Shown piece by piece: positions 1 through 9,475 of a DNA stretch of 64,000 nt. The stretch is from a virus. Each line of letters begins with the position of its first letter. Within the stretch, counting starts at the first letter, position 1. The stretch lies in the IMG/VR virus record IMGVR_UViG_3300032294_001887, positions 10,768 to 74,767 of that record. One strand, 5' to 3'. The position numbers were made by a program, and so were the translations under genes. The notes under the pieces were generated by a model, which was given only the letters and a program-made list of their open reading frames with translations, was not told where the DNA came from and ran no database searches.

Positions 1-884
1 TTTGTAATATAGTTTTCGGAAAACACTTCTTTCATGATTTTATTAATACCATTCATGTAAGTCCACTTAACATCCGAATTTACATTGAATAACATTCTGT
101 AAAACTCATTCTCGGATTGAGAACACATTTCGGACTTTCCCTCACTTAAAACTTGTTTCATTTTAGTTGATTCCGCCAATTTAGTTTCAATTTTCATTTC
201 ATACATCTTACTAACGAAATCCCAATTAACAACTTTCCAAAAGTTTGTGATGTATTCATCTCTTTTATTTTTATACTTTAGGTAATATGCGTGTTCCCAT
301 AAGTCTAAACCTAGTAATGGGAATCCACCACCTTCGATTACATTCATTAATGGATTGTCTTGATTTGGAGTAGACATAATCTTTAAAGTATTTTTGGAAG
401 TTAAAACCAACCATACCCATCCGGACCCGAAGCGTTCTTTGGCTTGTTTTTCAAATTCTTTTTTGAAATTACTAAAAGTTCCCCATTGTTTGGTTATTTT
501 CTTATAAAGTTCACCATCCAATTTTTTTGGTTCAGGTGTCAACATATTCCAAAACAATGCGTGGTTAAATGCTCCACCGGCATTATTTCTAATGGTTTTG
601 TCGAAACGGCTGATTGTTTTAATTATTTTTTCCAAATCTAAATCACCATATTTCTTTTTTGATAATGCGGCGTTTAATTTGTCTACATAACCTTTGTAAT
701 GTTTATTGTAGTGGAAGTTCATTGTCTCTGCGTCAATAAATGTCTTCAAGGCTGAATAGGCGTAAGGTAATTTTTCTATCCCTATTTTTTTCATTTCTGT
801 AATCAACAACTCTTTTTCTTTTGTAACTTGTGATTCAAGTATTTGTGACTCAAGTTGTTGGATTTTCTCTTGTGTTTTTTTCAT
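1..884 (-). CDS. sodA: Fe/Mn superoxide dismutase (Mn-type signature) with N-terminal leader and C-terminal extension; runs off window start
   Basis: Not in ORF track; manual translation from ATG 884: MKKTQEKIQQLESQILESQVTKEKELLITEMKKIGIEKLPYAYSAL..ETMNFHYNKHYKGYV..NNAGGAFNHALFW..RFGSGWVWL..TPNQDNP..LGLDLWEHAYYLKY..VNWDFV; all four metal ligands (H, H, D, H) present; frame stays open to window edge; alternative start ATG at 794. Confidence 0.93.
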   Translation of the reverse strand, partial: MKKTQEKIQQLESQILESQVTKEKELLITEMKKIGIEKLPYAYSALKTFIDAETMNFHYNKHYKGYVDKLNAALSKKKYGDLDLEKIIKTISRFDKTIRNNAGGAFNHALFWNMLTPEPKKLDGELYKKITKQWGTFSNFKKEFEKQAKERFGSGWVWLVLTSKNTLKIMSTPNQDNPLMNVIEGGGFPLLGLDLWEHAYYLKYKNKRDEYITNFWKVVNWDFVSKMYEMKIETKLAESTKMKQVLSEGKSEMCSQSENEFYRMLFNVNSDVKWTYMNGINKIMKEVFSENYIT

Positions 885-925
885 AATTTTGAATTATCCA
901 TTGTATATAAATAATCCGTATTTCG

Positions 926-2677
926 TTATTTTCTCAAATGATTAATTCTTTTTAGAATTTCTTCTGCCGCATCGGCAGGGTTTTGATTGTCCCCCATGAC
1001 AGTTGCAATCACTTGTTTTTTGTTGTTTAAAATATCATAGATGATTCCCTCAATTGTATTTTCGAAGATAGGGTAGTAAACTAAAACATTATTTTTTTGA
1101 CCATAACGATAACTTCTATCTTCGGCTTGTGCGTGGTCTGAAGGTAAAAATGATAAATCGTTGAATATTGCAGCTTCACCGGCAGTTAAGGTAATTCCGG
1201 TTCCGGCCGCCTTTATGTTCCCAACAAAAACTTTAATCTTTTCATTTTCTTGGAATTGGTCAACACTATATTGTCTTTCGTGTTGAGACATTGACCCATC
1301 AAGTTTAACTGCTGTTTTACCAAAATGTTCTACAATTTTATTTAATGAATCGGTAAAATTACAAAAGATGATAACTTTTTTTCCTTGCTCGATAATATTC
1401 TCAGCAATTTCAATTGTTTGTTGTATTTTTTCTTCAGCAATAATTTGTCTTACTTTTGTTAACTTTGAAAATTGAACAGTTAAAGATTTTGACTCTTCAG
1501 GATTCTTGTCATACCAATCATAATATTCACCCATTACATCTTCATATGCTTTGGATTTCAATTTCAAATAAACCGGAGTTATAATTTTATCAGGTAAGTC
1601 AAGAACATTTTCTTTCAATCTTCTCAAAATGGTTCCCGATGTTCTTTCTCTTAATTCCTCAAGATTTGATGCTCCTGTTATGTTCCAAACTTTTCGGTTT
1701 CCGACTTTGAATTGATATCCGGCACAATACCTTATCGCATATGCCATCCAGTTTTTACTGACCGGAGAATCAACCAAACTCAATAAATTAAAATAATCCA
1801 TTGGTCTTGAAGTCATTGGTGTACCAGTTAATAACCACAATCTTTCAGTGTTTTTAACAAGGTCGTTAATAAGTTTTGTTCTTTGAGCGGTTGCGTTTTT
1901 AATATAGTGAGCTTCATCCACAATCACCAAATCAAATTTGGAATTAAGAATTAACGACTCCTCTTTATTTTTTGGGTCATGAAAATTTTTGATAATATCA
2001 TAATTCGCAATTACAAAATCATGTTCGGTTGAGAAGTTCTTACTTTCGGCAATGAATATTGGTCTATCAGAATAATTTTCAATTTCTCGTTTCCAATTAA
2101 TCTTCAATGTTGCCGGACAAATAATTAATATTTTTTTAGACCCAGTTTCCAGTGCTCCGATGATTGTTGAGGTCGTTTTACCCAAACCCATATCGTCAGC
2201 CAATATAAATTTTTTATTTTCCAAAAGTTTTTGGATTGCCTCTTTTTGATGCTCCAATGGAGGTCTATTGGAATATTTTGAATAATCAACTACAACATTT
2301 TGAACGGAATTATCTTTTATTATGGCGGCTTTCGGTAACCAAAAATCGTGGAGTTCCTCATTCTCGAAAACTTTACCCCAAATATGATATGCCTTTTCTT
2401 TATCCGCCAATAATTTCTCAACCCAAACTTTTTGAGGAATTTCAGTGTATAGTTTATCGTCTGCCAATTTTTGAGCAAAATAAGCATCAAGAATCACCCA
2501 CTTTCTGGCAACCTTTGGTTGTTTGTCGTGGAATGAAATTATATAGTCCGATTGGCTCCTTGTAGGGTAAAATTTCTTGTTAATTTGTGACTTACGTCTC
2601 AACTCCAACAAATAGTTATTACCACCTTCATAGGTTTCAAGAATCGTCATTGCTTTTGATTCTAAACTTATTTCCAT
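926..2677 (-). CDS. SNF2-family (HARP/SMARCAL1-like) helicase
   Basis: LADDMGLGKT (motif I), VDEAHYIKN (II), LTGTP (III), QAEDRSYRYGQ (VI). Confidence 0.92.
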   Translation of the reverse strand: MEISLESKAMTILETYEGGNNYLLELRRKSQINKKFYPTRSQSDYIISFHDKQPKVARKWVILDAYFAQKLADDKLYTEIPQKVWVEKLLADKEKAYHIWGKVFENEELHDFWLPKAAIIKDNSVQNVVVDYSKYSNRPPLEHQKEAIQKLLENKKFILADDMGLGKTTSTIIGALETGSKKILIICPATLKINWKREIENYSDRPIFIAESKNFSTEHDFVIANYDIIKNFHDPKNKEESLILNSKFDLVIVDEAHYIKNATAQRTKLINDLVKNTERLWLLTGTPMTSRPMDYFNLLSLVDSPVSKNWMAYAIRYCAGYQFKVGNRKVWNITGASNLEELRERTSGTILRRLKENVLDLPDKIITPVYLKLKSKAYEDVMGEYYDWYDKNPEESKSLTVQFSKLTKVRQIIAEEKIQQTIEIAENIIEQGKKVIIFCNFTDSLNKIVEHFGKTAVKLDGSMSQHERQYSVDQFQENEKIKVFVGNIKAAGTGITLTAGEAAIFNDLSFLPSDHAQAEDRSYRYGQKNNVLVYYPIFENTIEGIIYDILNNKKQVIATVMGDNQNPADAAEEILKRINHLRK

Positions 2678-2732
2678 TGTTTAAATAAAAGTTTGTATTA
2701 AATATAAGTGAAAATAAAGTATTTATCAATAT

Positions 2733-3050
2733 ATGAAAATGTCACAAGAAAATTTAGAAACTGCAATTAGAAAAATGTTATCGGTAATTAAACCAACAGA
2801 AGTATCATTTGTTGATTTTGATTTAACACCAATAGATGAAGATGAGTATTATATGTCAGTTAAGTATGTTGTTCCTGATGATAGTCCGATATTAAAAGTA
2901 AAAACAAGTCCAAGAGTATATGATGATTTAAGGATGAAATGGAATGAAGAGATGAAAAAAAACCTTAAAAATTTTTTTAATGCGAAAGTAATAATTACTT
3001 CAACAGGGTTAAGTTCAGAATCATTCTATAAACAAAAAAATTATAAATAA
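2733..3050 (+). CDS. hypothetical protein
   Basis: 105-aa ORF preceded by TATTTAT motif (2720-2726); weakly resembles 3572..3943. Confidence 0.7.
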   Translation: MKMSQENLETAIRKMLSVIKPTEVSFVDFDLTPIDEDEYYMSVKYVVPDDSPILKVKTSPRVYDDLRMKWNEEMKKNLKNFFNAKVIITSTGLSSESFYKQKNYK

Positions 3051-3055
3051 TTAAT

Positions 3056-3568
3056 ATGGAAAATTTAGTTCCAATAACAAGATTAGGAAAATTTTTTGGG
3101 GGTGAGGATTACTCATTAGAGATTGATATGGGCCAAGAGTGGTTAGAGGGAGACATGAACTTTACCATTGTATTATATCGTATTGATAGATATAAAACAA
3201 AGACCGATGATGTTTATGGTGAAGTTTTGGAAGATGGTATTCAATTTATGGCACCTATCGAATTAAAAGGTCTTGTTCAGATTATGGCACCAACCGTTAA
3301 ATTTATTGGTAATTCAAGAGTGGAACAGAAAGAACCTGGTAATATGAAATTTTCAATCTATCAAAAACAACTTAATGATTTGGATGTTGAAATATTTTTG
3401 GGTGATTATATTGGATATTACGAATCTGAAGACCGAGTTAGATATTATGTTGTAAGTGATGACGGATATGTTAAGTCGGACAATAAACATACATATGGGG
3501 GTTATAAACCATTCTATCGAACTATTACCGCAACCTATGTTAGTGAAAATGAATTTAAAGGTATTTAA
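3056..3568 (+). CDS. neck / head-closure protein (T4 gp14-like)
   Basis: VLYRID..DDVYGE..PIELKGLV..GDYIGY pattern; position before tail terminator and sheath. Confidence 0.6.
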   Translation: MENLVPITRLGKFFGGEDYSLEIDMGQEWLEGDMNFTIVLYRIDRYKTKTDDVYGEVLEDGIQFMAPIELKGLVQIMAPTVKFIGNSRVEQKEPGNMKFSIYQKQLNDLDVEIFLGDYIGYYESEDRVRYYVVSDDGYVKSDNKHTYGGYKPFYRTITATYVSENEFKGI

Positions 3569-3571
3569 GAT

Positions 3572-3943
3572 ATGCGAGATATTATTCACAAAATTTTAAG
3601 AGAGATGGAAAATTCTAATGAGAATAACATCAAAAAAATTGAAGACAATAAGAAGTATATTAAAAAATTACTACCAAGTATTATTAAATTTTTTAAAGAT
3701 TCATTCTCCGAAGATTTGCTCGATATTGAGGTTACAACTAAAAAGGTTCATTATGGGATGGAAAATTATTCAACAGATGAATATCTTTTAAAATTTTATT
3801 TTAATAAAATTCCCAAAGAACACGAATTTAATATGAGAAGAACAATTATTAGGAATTTAGATAATATGTTTAATATCAATATTATAAATTATGCGGTTCC
3901 TTTAGATTTAGAGATTTATGTAAAAACATGGAAAAAATTATAA
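3572..3943 (+). CDS. hypothetical protein with MRDIIHKILRE N-terminal leader
   Basis: 123-aa ORF tightly packed between neck genes. Confidence 0.7.
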   Translation: MRDIIHKILREMENSNENNIKKIEDNKKYIKKLLPSIIKFFKDSFSEDLLDIEVTTKKVHYGMENYSTDEYLLKFYFNKIPKEHEFNMRRTIIRNLDNMFNINIINYAVPLDLEIYVKTWKKL

Positions 3944-3947
3944 AATT

Positions 3948-4991
3948 ATGCCATTACCAAAAAATATAGTTAAACCAACCTTACCACTAGTTCCTCGAAA
4001 AGAGTTATCGGCTCGTAGACAAGAACTATTGCAATATATCAACGAAGATGGAACTTATTTACCCAAATCGGTATTGCATGCGGATTTAGATAGAGGTATG
4101 TTGGACTTCGTTAAAAATGAATTGAAGGTCGTTACCGCAGGAGAAATAGTTCCAATGGTTGATATTATTATTACCACTCAAAATTGGTCTCAATATGTCG
4201 AAACTTATAAATTCATAGACTTAGATTATAACCCAGACCCACCATATATTACAGTCGTTAGAAGTCCTGAAGTTAAATATGGTTCAAACCCATCACTTCA
4301 ATATACAATTCCAAATAGAAAACAATTTTATTACGCATCTGTTCCAACTTGGAATGGTAATGAACAAGGTATGGATATCTATACAATACCACAACCTGTC
4401 CCTGTCGATATCAAATATAATGTTAAAATCGTTTGTAATAGAATGAGGGAATTGAATCAATTAAATAAAATTGTAATGCAAACATTTGCGTCACGACAAG
4501 CATACACCTTTATTAAGGGTCAATATGTTCCAATTATTTTAGATAATGTTTCTGACGAATCTCAAATGACCATAGACGCAAGAAAATATTATGTTCAGAA
4601 TTATGATTTCACAATGTTAGGATATCTGATTGATGAGGAAGAATTTGAGGTAAAACCGGCAATCCAAAGAGTTACCCAACTTATTGAAATGGATACCACA
4701 ACAAGAAAACAAAAAAGAAATCAATTCCCAAAAAATCCGGACGAATTTAAATTAGATTTCTTATTTGTGACAGGTAATACAACATTGGTAGATATAATTG
4801 ATTTTAGAGCCAACATGAGTGTTGCAAATTCAGATAATGTTGACACATTCGATGTTTATATAAATAACAACTATTATGGTAGTAATGTTGGAGTGATTCA
4901 AATTACCACGAATGACATTTTAAGGATTGAAATTACTAAAATAGATAATAATAACGAGGCGTTAATTGTCTTCGATAACAAGTTAGTTTAA
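3948..4991 (+). CDS. tail terminator / sheath stabiliser (T4 gp15-like)
   Basis: PQPVPVDIKYNVKIVCNRMRELNQL motif; immediately upstream of sheath gene. Confidence 0.6.
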   Translation: MPLPKNIVKPTLPLVPRKELSARRQELLQYINEDGTYLPKSVLHADLDRGMLDFVKNELKVVTAGEIVPMVDIIITTQNWSQYVETYKFIDLDYNPDPPYITVVRSPEVKYGSNPSLQYTIPNRKQFYYASVPTWNGNEQGMDIYTIPQPVPVDIKYNVKIVCNRMRELNQLNKIVMQTFASRQAYTFIKGQYVPIILDNVSDESQMTIDARKYYVQNYDFTMLGYLIDEEEFEVKPAIQRVTQLIEMDTTTRKQKRNQFPKNPDEFKLDFLFVTGNTTLVDIIDFRANMSVANSDNVDTFDVYINNNYYGSNVGVIQITTNDILRIEITKIDNNNEALIVFDNKLV

Positions 4992-5149
4992 TCCTCACCA
5001 TAGATATCTTTCTTCTCTTTACAATTTTCTATAATTAAATTTTCCAAAAATTTATAAATTTTAATTCCTCGTTTATCACAATACTTTTTAAGGATATTGT
5101 GTGATTCGGGGGATATTTTAATGTTTTTAATTTGTTTCTTAGTTTTCAT
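4988..5149 (-). CDS. 53-aa ribbon-helix-helix-like DNA-binding protein
   Basis: Below ORF-track size; MKTKKQIKNIKISPESHNILKKYCDKRGIKIYKFLENLIIENCKEKKDIYGED; strand-helix-G-helix pattern; own TATTTATA motif on minus strand (5184-5191). Confidence 0.7.
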   Translation of the reverse strand: MKTKKQIKNIKISPESHNILKKYCDKRGIKIYKFLENLIIENCKEKKDIYGED

Positions 5150-5228
5150 GGTGAGAAAAAAGGCAGAATTAATTCATACCATTTATAAATACTTATTCAA
5201 AAGTAAAGTTTTTTCATAAAATATCGAA

Positions 5229-5235
5229 TATTTAT
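5229..5235 (+). promoter_or_regulatory. TATTTAT motif, putative late promoter of sheath gene (representative of about 14 copies)
   Basis: Same motif in sense orientation upstream of genes at 2720, 9433, 10948, 12848, 17869, 25813, 28811, 35903, 35929, 38323, 47451, 54901 and on the minus strand at 906-913 and 5184-5191. Confidence 0.7.
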
Positions 5236-5269
5236 CTATAAAATAAATCTGTAATAGAATTAATAAATA

Positions 5270-8200
5270 ATGGCAACAGCACAAGCAAACCAAAAAGTAT
5301 TCGTATCTCCGGGTGTGTATACATCAGAAACAGACCTATCTTTCGTAGCCCAAAGTGTGGGTGTTACGACATTAGGTTTAGTGGGAGAAACAATTAAAGG
5401 ACCGGCCTTTGAACCGATATTTATAACTAATTATGATGAGTTCCAAGCCTATTTCGGAGGAACAGAACCTGTCAAATTTTATAATACCCAAATTCCAAAA
5501 TATGAAGCAGCATACATTGCTAAATCATATTTACAACAATCAAATCAATTATTTGTAACAAGAATTCTTGGATTATCGGGATATGATGCAGGACCATCTT
5601 GGTCACTTACTGTTACTGCTAATGTAGACCCAACAACAATTGGTAATCCATCTACGGGAACATCATTCACGGCAAATTTTACAGGTAATTCATTAAATGA
5701 TACTGTTGAGTTTATTGGGGGCGCATTACCTTCTTTTGTGTCGGCAAATTTAAATACTCAATATAGACTACAAGATGGTTCGATATCGACATTGCAAACT
5801 GATTTTAATAATTACATAAATTCTATTGTAAATTCACCATCAACTTCAGCAACAACTGCAATTATATATGGAGCAATACCTCAAACCGATTATAATTCGG
5901 TAACAGGTCAATATACAACAATTAGAAATCCGTATGGGTGTGTAAACAATTTTGATAACAATGATTTAACTGCAGGTTCAAATGACAGTTGGTATTATGC
6001 AAATTTTGAATTTGCAAATAATGATTCTACATTAGGTTATACAGGATATTCATTTAATTATGCGGTTTCTAGTTTAATTACAGGTGCGTCAAATACATTC
6101 ACGGGTACAGTAACCGGTAATTCATATACATTCACAGGTACGGCATATAGTGAGTTCAATAATATGGTTGTTGCAACCATTCGTTCAAGAGGTATTTCAC
6201 TTTACACAAATCAAACTTCAAGTATTAACCATGGTCCGGTTTATCAAGTAGGAATAGATTATGATAATGGAGGAACTTCAGCACTAAATAATTTACAATT
6301 GATTTGTACTGGACAATATTCTGATATTTCAAAATCACCTTTCTCAACATTTTTATTATCAGGGGTAACCAAAGATAATGATGTATTCTCATTCGAAACT
6401 TCAATGTTAGCGTCATCGTCAAAATACATTACAAAAGTTTTAGGAGTTGATAATTTTGGAAAATCAAGATTTGAAGTCCCAATTTATGTTGAGGAAGCTT
6501 ATCAAGGTTCATTAAATTACGCATATAATCAAGGTTATATAAGAGGATTAGCGTGTGACTTAATTGCATTACCAGGTGCTAGAAGTCAAAACCCAACATC
6601 AATTGCTTATAATTTAGAAAGATATCAATCACCTGAAACACCATATTTGGTTTCGGAATTAAGAGGTAATAAAGTTTATAACTTATTTAAATTTATATCA
6701 ATTTCTGATGGAGATTCTGCAAACACTGAAATAAAAGTGTCAATCGCAAATCTTTCATTTAACAATATGTCATTTGATGTGTTAGTTAGAAATTTCTTTG
6801 ATACTGACTCAAATCCTGTGGTAATTGAAAAATTCACAAATTGTAATTTAGACCCATTATCAAATAATTTTATAGCTAAAAAAATTGGTTCATCTGATGG
6901 AGAATACGCGTTAATCTCAAGATATATCATGGTTGAGATGTCTCCAGAAGCACCAATAGATGCTTTACCATGTGGATTTTACGGATATACTCAAAGAGAA
7001 TATTTGGATTATGACACTTATCCTTCACCGTATCCTAAATTTAAGACAAAATATTATTTCCCTGGTGAAGTTATTGCAAATCCACCATTTGGTGTAAATG
7101 CTGGAGGAGCACCTATAGAATCCTCAGGAGATATTGTACGAAGAAGTTATTTAGGATTTTCAACACAATTTGGAATTGACGAATCTTTCTTAACATATAA
7201 GGGTAAACAAACACCTTCAAATTGGATATCCGACCCGACGGCTGAAGGTCAACCTTGGAATGTAAGAAGTAAAGGATTCCACATGGATTCAGGTGCAACG
7301 GTTGTTACAATCGGAATCAGTTCTAAATCAAGCGGAGAAACAGCGTTTGAATGTGGTGTGGCTAATTTCACTAGCGACCCTGATACACAAGAAAGTCCAT
7401 ATTATTTCATATATTCAAGAAAATATACGGTATGTTTCGCAGGAGGTTTTGACGGGTGGGATATCTACAGAGAATGGAGAACTAACGAAGACAGATTCCA
7501 ATTAGGAGCAACAGGTTATTTAGCAGGAGCTTATCCGGGTTCAAGATACCCAAATGCTACAGGAGACGGATTATTTAAAAGAATTGTTGTTCAAAATAAT
7601 ACTCAAGATTTCGCTAATACAGACTACTACGCTTACTTACTTGGTATTTTAACATTCGCAAATCCTGAATCTACAAACATTAACGTTTTTGCAACAACTG
7701 CGATTGATTATGTTAATAACTCAAACTTAGTAGAAGAAGCAATTGATATGATTCAATTCTCAAGAGCGGATTCAGTTTATATTGCAACAACACCTGACTA
7801 TAGAATGTATACACCGGATGCGACTAACTCTCAAGACATTATTTATTCTCAAGAAGCGGTTGATAATCTAGACAACACAGGAATTGACTCTAACTATACC
7901 GCAACTTATTATCCTTGGATATTAGTTCGTGATACCGTTAACAATACACAAATTTATTTACCACCGACAGGTGAAGTTTGTAGAAACTTAGCATTGACTG
8001 ATAATATATCATTCCCTTGGTTCGCATCAGCGGGTTACACGAGAGGTCTTGTAAGTTCAATCAAAGCTAGACAAAAACTTACACAGACAGATAGAGATAC
8101 CTTGTATCAGGGTAGAATTAACCCTATCGCAACTTTCTCAGATGTTGGAACTGTAATTTGGGGTAATAAAACTTTGCAAGTTGCTGACTCAGCACTTAAC

Positions 8201-8509
8201 AGATTGAATGTAAGAAGATTATTACTTCAAGCTCGTAAATTGATTTCGGCGGTAGCGGTAAGATTATTATTTGAACAAAATGACCAAATCGTTAGACAAC
8301 AATTCTTGGATAGTGTTAACCCAATCTTGGATTCAATCAGAAGAGATAGAGGTTTATATGATTTCCGTGTAACTGTATCTTCAACACCTGAAGATTTAGA
8401 CAGAAATACATTAACAGGTAAAATATATTTGAAACCTACTAAGGCGTTAGAGTTCATCGATATCGAGTTCTTCATAACTCCAACAGGTGCTTCATTTGAA
8501 AATATCTAA
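5270..8509 (+). CDS. contractile tail sheath protein
   Basis: N-term FVSPGVYTSETDLS..GPAFEP; C-term WFASAGYTRG, RINPIATF, IWGNKTLQ, LNRLNVRRLL, IYLKPTKALEFIDIEF. Confidence 0.96.
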   Translation: MATAQANQKVFVSPGVYTSETDLSFVAQSVGVTTLGLVGETIKGPAFEPIFITNYDEFQAYFGGTEPVKFYNTQIPKYEAAYIAKSYLQQSNQLFVTRILGLSGYDAGPSWSLTVTANVDPTTIGNPSTGTSFTANFTGNSLNDTVEFIGGALPSFVSANLNTQYRLQDGSISTLQTDFNNYINSIVNSPSTSATTAIIYGAIPQTDYNSVTGQYTTIRNPYGCVNNFDNNDLTAGSNDSWYYANFEFANNDSTLGYTGYSFNYAVSSLITGASNTFTGTVTGNSYTFTGTAYSEFNNMVVATIRSRGISLYTNQTSSINHGPVYQVGIDYDNGGTSALNNLQLICTGQYSDISKSPFSTFLLSGVTKDNDVFSFETSMLASSSKYITKVLGVDNFGKSRFEVPIYVEEAYQGSLNYAYNQGYIRGLACDLIALPGARSQNPTSIAYNLERYQSPETPYLVSELRGNKVYNLFKFISISDGDSANTEIKVSIANLSFNNMSFDVLVRNFFDTDSNPVVIEKFTNCNLDPLSNNFIAKKIGSSDGEYALISRYIMVEMSPEAPIDALPCGFYGYTQREYLDYDTYPSPYPKFKTKYYFPGEVIANPPFGVNAGGAPIESSGDIVRRSYLGFSTQFGIDESFLTYKGKQTPSNWISDPTAEGQPWNVRSKGFHMDSGATVVTIGISSKSSGETAFECGVANFTSDPDTQESPYYFIYSRKYTVCFAGGFDGWDIYREWRTNEDRFQLGATGYLAGAYPGSRYPNATGDGLFKRIVVQNNTQDFANTDYYAYLLGILTFANPESTNINVFATTAIDYVNNSNLVEEAIDMIQFSRADSVYIATTPDYRMYTPDATNSQDIIYSQEAVDNLDNTGIDSNYTATYYPWILVRDTVNNTQIYLPPTGEVCRNLALTDNISFPWFASAGYTRGLVSSIKARQKLTQTDRDTLYQGRINPIATFSDVGTVIWGNKTLQVADSALNRLNVRRLLLQARKLISAVAVRLLFEQNDQIVRQQFLDSVNPILDSIRRDRGLYDFRVTVSSTPEDLDRNTLTGKIYLKPTKALEFIDIEFFITPTGASFENI

Positions 8510-8519
8510 TAAATTTAAT

Positions 8520-8542
8520 GGGGATACAAAAGTATCCCCTTT
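8520..8542 (+). terminator. intrinsic terminator-like hairpin after sheath
   Basis: GGGGATAC-AAAA-GTATCCCC followed by TTT. Confidence 0.6.
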
Positions 8543-8553
8543 AATCGCCAAAT

Positions 8554-9381
8554 ATGGAAAGACAACTTAAAGAAGGATTTAAACTTGAAGGGACACCAGA
8601 TATGAAATATTACGCATTCGATTGGGATGATAATATTGTTCATATGCCAACTAAAATTATGTTAAAAACTGAAGATGGTGAGGAAATTGGTATGAGTACC
8701 GATGACTTTGCAGAGTATAGACATGATTTAGGTAAAACCCCTGTTCAATATAAAGGAGATACTATTGTCGGTTTTGCGGACAATCCATTTAGAAATTTTA
8801 GAACGGAAGGTGACAAAGATTTTTTAGTTGATGCGATGAGAGCAAAAAAAGGACCGGCATTTGATGACTTTAGAGAAGCAATTAACAATGGGTCTATTTT
8901 TTCAATAATTACCGCAAGAGGGCATAATCCTGAAACCTTAAAACAAGCTATTTATAATTACATTATAAGTGGTTTCAATGGAATAGATAAAAACATGTTA
9001 ATTAAAAATTTAAAAAAATATAGAACATTTGTGGATGAAGATGAAATGAGTGACGATGAATTAATTAAATCATATTTAGAGTTAAATAAGTATCACCCTG
9101 TTAGTTTTGGTGATGAAGAAGGTGCTGCAAATCCCGAAGAATTAAAAGTTAAAGCGATGGAAGATTTTGTATCTTATATAAAAGGAATGGCAGGAATACT
9201 TAATAAAAGAGCCTTTATTAAAAATGATATCTCAAATAATTTCATACCAGACATTAGTATTGGTTTTTCAGATGATGATATGAAAAATGTAGAAGTAATG
9301 AGTAAACATTTTAAAGATAAACCAGATAATATAGTTAAGACTTATTCTACTGCTGGAGGTATTAAAAAGTTATATAACTAG
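8554..9381 (+). CDS. HAD-superfamily phosphatase-like protein
   Basis: motif I YAFDWDDNI, motif II IITARGH, conserved K, motif IV IGFSDDD. Confidence 0.7.
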   Translation: MERQLKEGFKLEGTPDMKYYAFDWDDNIVHMPTKIMLKTEDGEEIGMSTDDFAEYRHDLGKTPVQYKGDTIVGFADNPFRNFRTEGDKDFLVDAMRAKKGPAFDDFREAINNGSIFSIITARGHNPETLKQAIYNYIISGFNGIDKNMLIKNLKKYRTFVDEDEMSDDELIKSYLELNKYHPVSFGDEEGAANPEELKVKAMEDFVSYIKGMAGILNKRAFIKNDISNNFIPDISIGFSDDDMKNVEVMSKHFKDKPDNIVKTYSTAGGIKKLYN

Positions 9382-9475
9382 AGAATAATTTCTTAAAAAA
9401 TAAAGTAAATAGAAAAATTTTCATCGAGACTATATTTATTAGATATAAACACAAAAAAAACAAAATTGAAATAAC

